Positions 54,482 to 60,484 of a DNA stretch of 60,484 nt are shown here, in pieces. Numbering within the stretch: the first letter of the stretch is position 1; each line of letters starts with the position of its first letter. Source of the DNA: a virus; IMG/VR virus record IMGVR_UViG_3300035145_002886; one strand, 5' to 3'. The position numbers were made by a program, and so were the translations under genes. The notes beneath the pieces were generated by a model. It ran no database searches and was not told the origin of the DNA. It saw only the letters and a list, made by a program, of their open reading frames with translations.

Positions 54482-55797
54482 TATATTCCGTGTAGATTAC
54501 TGTTTGTTATTTCGTCTGTTTCAATTAGACGCATATAATTCCAGTTTATGTTTAATTTACATTTAGTTCCCTTGCCTTCACCATCTCTCATCTTTAAGAT
54601 TTTGAGCCAATATTCATCACTTGCTCGCATTAAGTCGTCTTGAATAATACCAAGCATAACATCTGCGGTGTGTGAAAGTCCTGCAGATTCAGCAATATCA
54701 CCCATTGTTATATCGCTTGAATTATAACCATTTCTAGTAATTTGCGTAGCTGTTACAATTAACCAATCGTGTCTTTGACCCATTGCTCTTAAATCTTCTG
54801 CGATTTGCTTAATCTTTAAGTACATGTTTTCGCTGTTTGGGTTTCGATAGTTTGCTAAGATATTAATATAGTCAATTACAACCGCACCGATCTTAATCTG
54901 CTTTTCTTCTTCAAGCTGCGTAAGATATGCATCAATATCAAGTACTGTTGCTTGTGAAGTTGGCATTTGCTTAATAAAAAGCTGTCCAGGAGGAGTAAAT
55001 CCATCACCAACTGTCTCAAGCCTTCTTTTTATATGTTCATGATTTTTAGCCTTTTCTGCATAGTCGTTAATGTTGATTGAAAGTAAATTTGAACCAATAC
55101 GTTTTACAAATTTATGAGCTGCCATTTCTGCTGTAATTACAACAGTGTTTACTCCCATCTTTACAAAATTAGCAGCATCGTTTGCTAAATAAATTGACTT
55201 ACCAATATTTTGCTCTCCAGCATATACAACTAAATTACCACCCTTATCATAACCACCATTAAGTACTCGATTAATAAAATTATATCCTGAGTCTATTTTT
55301 TCAGTTTCTTTCTGGTCGTGATCTTCTGCATTAAAGAAGTTAAGTCCCAGGTCTGAGTTAAATGTAATATTATTTCTATCATTTATTAGACCTTTTACCT
55401 TCTGAATAATACTATCAGCATTCTCAGGTGTAACCTGTGTTGTTTTAATAAATTCAATAGTATCAATCAAAGAAGTATCGAAGGTTCTCCATTTGATCCA
55501 TGATTCAGCTGTCGATGTCAACCATTCTTCATCGTATTGTGCAAGGTCAACGTCAAAGATGACATCAAGAATTCCGTCGGTAATCTTTTCTTTTGCCTTC
55601 TTGTAATTTTGTATTAGGAGTTTAAGTTGATCCTTTCCAGGAGTCTCATTAAACTTAACATAGAATTTATTCGCAAGATAGCTTAAGACATCAATTTCTT
55701 CCGAAGTATAATATCCGGTTTTAATTGATTGAAGGTACTTTGGCTTTTCTAATGATAGGCGAAAGAATATTTTTTCGAAGTCTTGTCCGAACTGCAT
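54481..55797 (-). CDS. replicative helicase (gp41 / DnaB-like)
   Basis: GEQNIGKS, TAEM, IDY, TATQ, ESAG and KMRDG. Confidence 0.95.
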   Translation of the reverse strand: MQFGQDFEKIFFRLSLEKPKYLQSIKTGYYTSEEIDVLSYLANKFYVKFNETPGKDQLKLLIQNYKKAKEKITDGILDVIFDVDLAQYDEEWLTSTAESWIKWRTFDTSLIDTIEFIKTTQVTPENADSIIQKVKGLINDRNNITFNSDLGLNFFNAEDHDQKETEKIDSGYNFINRVLNGGYDKGGNLVVYAGEQNIGKSIYLANDAANFVKMGVNTVVITAEMAAHKFVKRIGSNLLSININDYAEKAKNHEHIKRRLETVGDGFTPPGQLFIKQMPTSQATVLDIDAYLTQLEEEKQIKIGAVVIDYINILANYRNPNSENMYLKIKQIAEDLRAMGQRHDWLIVTATQITRNGYNSSDITMGDIAESAGLSHTADVMLGIIQDDLMRASDEYWLKILKMRDGEGKGTKCKLNINWNYMRLIETDEITNSNLHGI

Positions 55798-55827
55798 ATT
55801 AATCTTATTTAAAGGTTATAGAGCGGA

Positions 55828-56937
55828 CTAGTCCTCTGTTTCTTCCATCAATTCTTCATAATCAAATTCAACTTCAGTGCTGTAGTTAAATATTGTTTTG
55901 ATTTTCTCTTCTATTTTTTCAAGAACCTCTTGTGTAAATACCTTCTCTGTAAAGAATTCACTGTTTGGTACTGTGTGGTCAAGGTGCTTACAGATCCAAT
56001 TACGTGCTGTTTTCTTAGGAACATATTCACCCTTTTCAATTGTACCTTTTGTGATGCCAATGTCTTCCCAGTCGATGTATTGCTCAAGGCCAACAAAACG
56101 GTTCATACCCTCGCTAAAGTGCAGGTGGAATTTAATATTGGTTGGTTTCGCAAAACGATTTTTGTTTGGTCTTGCCGTAACAATAATACCGGCTTTTTCT
56201 CCGCTTGAATCTTTAAGCTGTGCTTTTCCTAAGAATAGAACAATAGATGCTGCGTATTCAGGACCGGTACCACCGCCTGCAACTTGACGACTAATAAAGT
56301 CCTGTGTTTGGTATGTGTGATTCGTAAAAATAAAAGGTACCTTAAGATCTGCAAGTGGAGTCATAATAATACGGAAGATTGACTTAAGAATCTTTGAACG
56401 TGTCATATCACTCTTTTCAGAACCACTAACTGCGTCATCAATTTCTTTTTGAGTTGCAAGGTTACCAGCAGAATCAAGGATAATCATCATCTTTGGAAGA
56501 TCAGCTCCACCGCGTTTTGCCTCTTGCATTCTTTTTGTAATTGTAGTCACAGAAGATCTAAACTCTTGAACAGTGTTGATCGGCTGATAGTTAACTTTAT
56601 CAGTATCGATTCCAAACTTTTTCATTAAGGTTTTATCAACTGCTGCTTCTGAATCATAGAAGATCACGTTATAACCCATATCAATTGCTCTACGGATAGA
56701 ATTTAAAACTAGATATGTTTTACCAGTACCTGAAGGACCGGCGATAGAACACGACCTGTTATTTGGCCATCCGCCAAAAAGACTTCCTGATACACATGCA
56801 TTAAGGTGATAATTACCAGTGTCAATCCACTCTGTAACATCACTAAATGTTGAATTAGACATAACAGAACCTAGCGGGTTTAGCGTTGCTAGCTCTGCAT
56901 TAATGTCATCAAAACTAAATTGTTTACTTTTTGCCAT
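55828..56937 (-). CDS. uvsX: RecA-like recombinase (UvsX)
   Basis: GPSGTGKT, YDSE, ILDS, NHTY, GGTG and KNRF. Confidence 0.95.
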   Translation of the reverse strand: MAKSKQFSFDDINAELATLNPLGSVMSNSTFSDVTEWIDTGNYHLNACVSGSLFGGWPNNRSCSIAGPSGTGKTYLVLNSIRRAIDMGYNVIFYDSEAAVDKTLMKKFGIDTDKVNYQPINTVQEFRSSVTTITKRMQEAKRGGADLPKMMIILDSAGNLATQKEIDDAVSGSEKSDMTRSKILKSIFRIIMTPLADLKVPFIFTNHTYQTQDFISRQVAGGGTGPEYAASIVLFLGKAQLKDSSGEKAGIIVTARPNKNRFAKPTNIKFHLHFSEGMNRFVGLEQYIDWEDIGITKGTIEKGEYVPKKTARNWICKHLDHTVPNSEFFTEKVFTQEVLEKIEEKIKTIFNYSTEVEFDYEELMEETED

Positions 56938-57115
56938 TTTTTTCGTTTATTTTTTTATCTTTTTCTCGAAGAGCTTCAAGCTTTCCGATTAGTTCCTTTG
57001 CCTCTGCGCTTAATTCTGACATCTGAGACTCAAGATCTTGTAATCGAGAATGAATTTGTTGGTATTCATTAACGATTTGTTTTTGTTCTTCTGTGAGTTG
57101 ATTAAAATCTATCAT
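56924..57115 (-). CDS. small coiled-coil protein
   Basis: 63-aa ORF. Confidence 0.7.
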   Translation of the reverse strand: MIDFNQLTEEQKQIVNEYQQIHSRLQDLESQMSELSAEAKELIGKLEALREKDKKINEKNGKK

Positions 57116-57279
57116 CTCTTCATTGAATCCATTTCTTCATTTGAGAAGATTGTAAGTTGGTTTGGGTCTACTTCTTGTTTCTCAAGAGACCATGCAATCT
57201 TTCTTACTTCTTCACCAAACTCAATATTATTTGGATATTGGTTATGTAGCTCTACGATAAGTTGTTCTAGGTTTTCCAT
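57112..57279 (-). CDS. small protein (55 aa) with QLTIF motif
   Basis: MENLEQLIVELHNQYPNNIEFGEEVRKIAWSLEKQEVDPNQLTIFSNEEMDSMKR*. Confidence 0.65.
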   Translation of the reverse strand: MENLEQLIVELHNQYPNNIEFGEEVRKIAWSLEKQEVDPNQLTIFSNEEMDSMKR

Positions 57280-57281
57280 AA

Positions 57282-58484
57282 TTAAAATAGTGCTGAAGCA
57301 TAAATCAAATTAGTGTCGAGAGTTTGAAGTCCGATTGCTTTTAACACACGATTAAGCGGGTCAATCATTGACTTTTCAAATTGAGTGTCATAATCTACAG
57401 GTGGAGCAAATTCATAAGGATGTTCGCTTGGCATATAGGCAAACATATCGCTAATATTGCCCTTAACATGGTAGATTTTTAACTTCTCTCCGTTACCAAT
57501 CAATTTATACTTGTTTTTATATTTTTTGTTGTTGTTTAATAGATAATTGTAGAATCCTGCCGCTTTTACATTTGGAGGACATTTAGATCCAAATTGTAAC
57601 TCAATCTGATCATCAACAATATATTTTTCAATATTGTTTGTTCTCTTGTTAAATGCTATATCGTCAACATCTGCTAATTTAAACTCTTTCTTTGCCTGTT
57701 TCATAAAATTAACCAACTCTTGTAAATCTTCTGCTGTTGGCTTTTCATGCTTCTTAAATAGAATCTTAAGCGCATCTACAAGTTTTGCTCTTGCAAATGA
57801 AGGAGTAGAGGATTGTATTGTATCGAATCCAATTGTCTTAACTTTCTTTAGAGATGGATGCCTGTCAGTAACTTCAAGTTTATCGTCCCATGCAATATTT
57901 TGAATGTACTTCTTTTTACTCATCCAAATACCGCCATATGCGATCGTTTCAAGTTCAAACATTAGGTAGTTATCAGTATTTCTCTTCTCAGCATACTTTT
58001 CCATCGCTTTAACGATGTATTCTCTAAGTCTAAGTGCATATAATTCTATGATAAAAGTATCGATGCTTAGTTTATCGCCAAGCCATTCAATAGAATTATA
58101 CATTTCTTCAAACTGAACATAACAAGAATCTGTATCAATATAGATTACTGATGGTCTTTCAAGCTTATGCTTTACTTTAATGTTAAAGTGCTCATGTACA
58201 ACAGTATCTTTATGAAAGAATTCTTGGAAGTATTTGTTTAAGATAGCTTCAGAATAGAGGATGGCATCTTGACCCTGTAGCGTGATCGATTCGGCCATGT
58301 CAATATTAAAGAAGTGAAACCACTTGTTACCAAATGCACCATAGATAGAGTTCAAAGTTACTTTTACCGCCTGTTCATATGCCGTATACTTAGCAGAAAG
58401 CTCCTCATAGTGTTTAATGAGGAGTTCTGCTTCGTCTTTAGTTAATTGATCAGTTGGTTTATTCTTTAACTCTTCTAGAATCAT
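57282..58484 (-). CDS. family B DNA polymerase, C-terminal subunit only (gp43B-like)
   Basis: Motif B KVTLNSIYG, motif C YIDTDS and KKKY; no exonuclease domain or motif A. Confidence 0.92.
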   Translation of the reverse strand: MILEELKNKPTDQLTKDEAELLIKHYEELSAKYTAYEQAVKVTLNSIYGAFGNKWFHFFNIDMAESITLQGQDAILYSEAILNKYFQEFFHKDTVVHEHFNIKVKHKLERPSVIYIDTDSCYVQFEEMYNSIEWLGDKLSIDTFIIELYALRLREYIVKAMEKYAEKRNTDNYLMFELETIAYGGIWMSKKKYIQNIAWDDKLEVTDRHPSLKKVKTIGFDTIQSSTPSFARAKLVDALKILFKKHEKPTAEDLQELVNFMKQAKKEFKLADVDDIAFNKRTNNIEKYIVDDQIELQFGSKCPPNVKAAGFYNYLLNNNKKYKNKYKLIGNGEKLKIYHVKGNISDMFAYMPSEHPYEFAPPVDYDTQFEKSMIDPLNRVLKAIGLQTLDTNLIYASALF

Positions 58485-58485
58485 A

Positions 58486-59229
58486 TTAGGCAGTTTGGCA
58501 AGTAGATACGGTTAGAAGCGTTTCGCTATCCTTTGATGCGAATAGTACTTTTGAAGAAGAGATAAAAACATTTTGCTCTTCTTTATCAAGAAGATTCAAG
58601 TACTTCTTATAAACCGTTACATCACCACTACCGTTACTTTCTGGATTAATTACAACGTTAAATGATTTACCTTTAACATTTACGCCGCTACCATTTGCAT
58701 TGATTGCAAAAGTTTCGTCTTTGTCAAGGCTAAATAGATTCTTAACTTTACTGATTGAATAAGTGTCCAATTCAAAGTTAAATTCACTACCGTCCTTAGA
58801 GAAAATTGCTTCAATTTGCTCTTGAGTAAGATCTTTGAAACCAAGAGATGGTTCAGAACATGCAAGAGTAATTTCAAGCTCGTCATTAAATAGACGAAGT
58901 GTTGAAGCTACCATGTCTTCATCATTCTCAATGAATTCAATTTCACCTTTAATAGCGTCGCTATCAAAATGCTTGATTGCGTCAATAACTTTTGCGCCAT
59001 CGAAGAATGCAATCTTCATCTCTTTATCAGTCTCAGGTACTGCATTTAACTTAAAGATAGCATCTGTATTAACAGCATGGTACTTAACAGCATCTCTTTG
59101 TGGGAGATAAACTGCCGACGTAATACGATTCGAATCCATCTTCATATAGATGAATGAATCAATTAGCTTAACACGGTTGATAAAATCAGTCAAAGCGTGT
59201 TGGTCAACTCGATCAATTACTAGTTTCAT
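58486..59229 (-). CDS. sliding clamp (gp45-like)
   Basis: ~247 aa, acidic, beta-rich, next to polB; start moved to MKLVID (59229). The call rests on size and synteny. Confidence 0.6.
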   Translation of the reverse strand: MKLVIDRVDQHALTDFINRVKLIDSFIYMKMDSNRITSAVYLPQRDAVKYHAVNTDAIFKLNAVPETDKEMKIAFFDGAKVIDAIKHFDSDAIKGEIEFIENDEDMVASTLRLFNDELEITLACSEPSLGFKDLTQEQIEAIFSKDGSEFNFELDTYSISKVKNLFSLDKDETFAINANGSGVNVKGKSFNVVINPESNGSGDVTVYKKYLNLLDKEEQNVFISSSKVLFASKDSETLLTVSTCQTA

Positions 59230-59293
59230 ATTTTTTATTTGTTTAAAGAATTTAGAAGTTATATGAGAGCTGAACAAACTGTTTCACTAAAAT

Positions 59294-59325
59294 AAAAAAG
59301 CCAGGAAGTAGCGAACCTTCCTGGC
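59294..59325 (-). terminator. intrinsic terminator after nrdA
   Basis: GCCAGGAAG-GUUCGCUA-CUUCCUGGC-U6. Confidence 0.8.
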
Positions 59326-59395
59326 AAAATCCGTGAACTTTCACGGTCCTAAGACGAGGTCTTCAAACCTCACCGTCTTTATCCATCACAAGTCA

Positions 59396-60484
59396 TCACC
59401 CGTCGCAGCTTAAACAATCTGGATCCATTGCTCTAGTTGCAATATCTCCTCTTAGAACGCTCTCCGTTCTCATGTAATAGAGTGTCTTAATTCCTTGGTC
59501 ATATGCTTCAATATGAACCTGATTAATAAACTTAGGTTCGGCTTCTTTTGGAAATGCAAGGTTTAATGATACTGATTGGTCAACGTATTGTTGTCTAACT
59601 CCCGCCTGTTTTACCAATTCCATTTGATTGATTTCTTTAAATGTTCTAAAAACATCTTTCATTGGAATAAAGTTATCTTGGTCTGCTGTCAGTTTTGATA
59701 ACTCTTTTTTATGAATTGGCTTGCCTAGCCCGTTATCATCATTATGTAATGTTCCATGGTATACAAAGTAATCATTCATCCAGGCAATTCCTTGAACACT
59801 TCCTCCATCCTCTAATATCCTATTCCAAGTTGTTTTTGTGTTCTTACCAATTGCCTCAAGTGCAGTCTCAAGGGTTGGGTTCTTACGAATAAATGTTCCC
59901 TTTGCGGTTTGTTCAGTAAATACGTTTGCTGCCCATGGCTCTACACCTGGAGAAACATTACCACTTAACTTTGAATTAGAAACGGTTGGCGCAACTGCTC
60001 TAAGGTGAGTATTTCTCATTCCAGTACCAACACACCAGAGCGGCTCTCCATACTCTTTTGCCATATCGCGGCTAGCCTTCTCGCTTTCAGTCTTTAACTC
60101 GCTAAAAATCTTACGAGTTTCAAATTGAGCTGATAGACCCTCAAATGGAATGTTTCTGTCCTGTAGGTATGTATGCCATCCTAAGACTCCAAGGCCAAGT
60201 GCCCTTCCCTTTTCTGCTGAACGGATAGAGTTCTCAAATCCACGCATGTATTTTGCCTTCTGAATAAACTCTTCAAGAACACCATCAAGGAACCAAGTTG
60301 CCGTGTAAATAAGATCAGTATTCTTCCACTCATCGTATTTTGCAAGGTTAAGAGATGATAAACAGCATACAAATGAATGGTTTTCATCGGTGTGTAGTGC
60401 AATTTCAGAACAAATATTAGTCATAAATACCTTTAGACCGTTATTCTTATATGCATCTGGGTTTGCGTTATTTACATTACCCTT
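59396..60484 (-). CDS. nrdA: ribonucleotide reductase class I alpha subunit (5' end outside window)
   Basis: NICSE, CCLSS, LGLGVLG, APTVS, DQSVSLN, KTLYY and C-terminal CLSCDG. Confidence 0.96.
   Translation of the reverse strand, partial: KGNVNNANPDAYKNNGLKVFMTNICSEIALHTDENHSFVCCLSSLNLAKYDEWKNTDLIYTATWFLDGVLEEFIQKAKYMRGFENSIRSAEKGRALGLGVLGWHTYLQDRNIPFEGLSAQFETRKIFSELKTESEKASRDMAKEYGEPLWCVGTGMRNTHLRAVAPTVSNSKLSGNVSPGVEPWAANVFTEQTAKGTFIRKNPTLETALEAIGKNTKTTWNRILEDGGSVQGIAWMNDYFVYHGTLHNDDNGLGKPIHKKELSKLTADQDNFIPMKDVFRTFKEINQMELVKQAGVRQQYVDQSVSLNLAFPKEAEPKFINQVHIEAYDQGIKTLYYMRTESVLRGDIATRAMDPDCLSCDG

Noticed and set aside
31593-60484. Inteins in terminase, helicase, UvsX, PolB or NrdA
   Set aside because: Protein lengths are ordinary and no C...HN splice-junction or LAGLIDADG blocks were seen.

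Overview
A 60.5-kb segment of a large T4-like (myovirus/jumbo-type) phage. Nearly all genes are on the minus strand and use the standard genetic code. The host is probably Bacteroidota, inferred from TATATT[A/T]G -7 promoters and GTTCTTTGACAT boxA elements. The right two-thirds is core machinery: NrdA (partial), sliding clamp, the C-terminal half of a split PolB, UvsX, gp41 helicase, gp47/gp46, gp15, gp55 late sigma, gp4, gp2, portal, a protease-scaffold fusion, major capsid, clamp loader, 5'-3' exonuclease, neck, terminase, sheath, tube, chaperone and a tape-measure-like protein. The left third is accessory and holds the unusual material. (1) Two arrays of tiny ORF cassettes are joined by a ~20-bp repeat (TTAAAACCAAAGAGAGATG) and a second attC-like motif. 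(2) A ~6.6-kb RNA island carries 25 canonical tRNAs covering all 20 amino acids, about 7 aberrant tRNA-like RNAs, a circularly permuted two-piece tmRNA (tag ANDEFALAA), a 6S-Flavo-like RNA and several unknown structured RNAs. (3) Directly upstream of the island is an apparent leader-peptide attenuator whose 31-aa peptide contains 19 of the 20 amino acids; it is a candidate general translation-stress sensor. A three-tier promoter cascade (host sigma, phage ECF sigma, gp55) can be read from the sequence. All protein calls come from motif recognition and synteny, and all RNA folds were done by eye; no database search or folding software was run.
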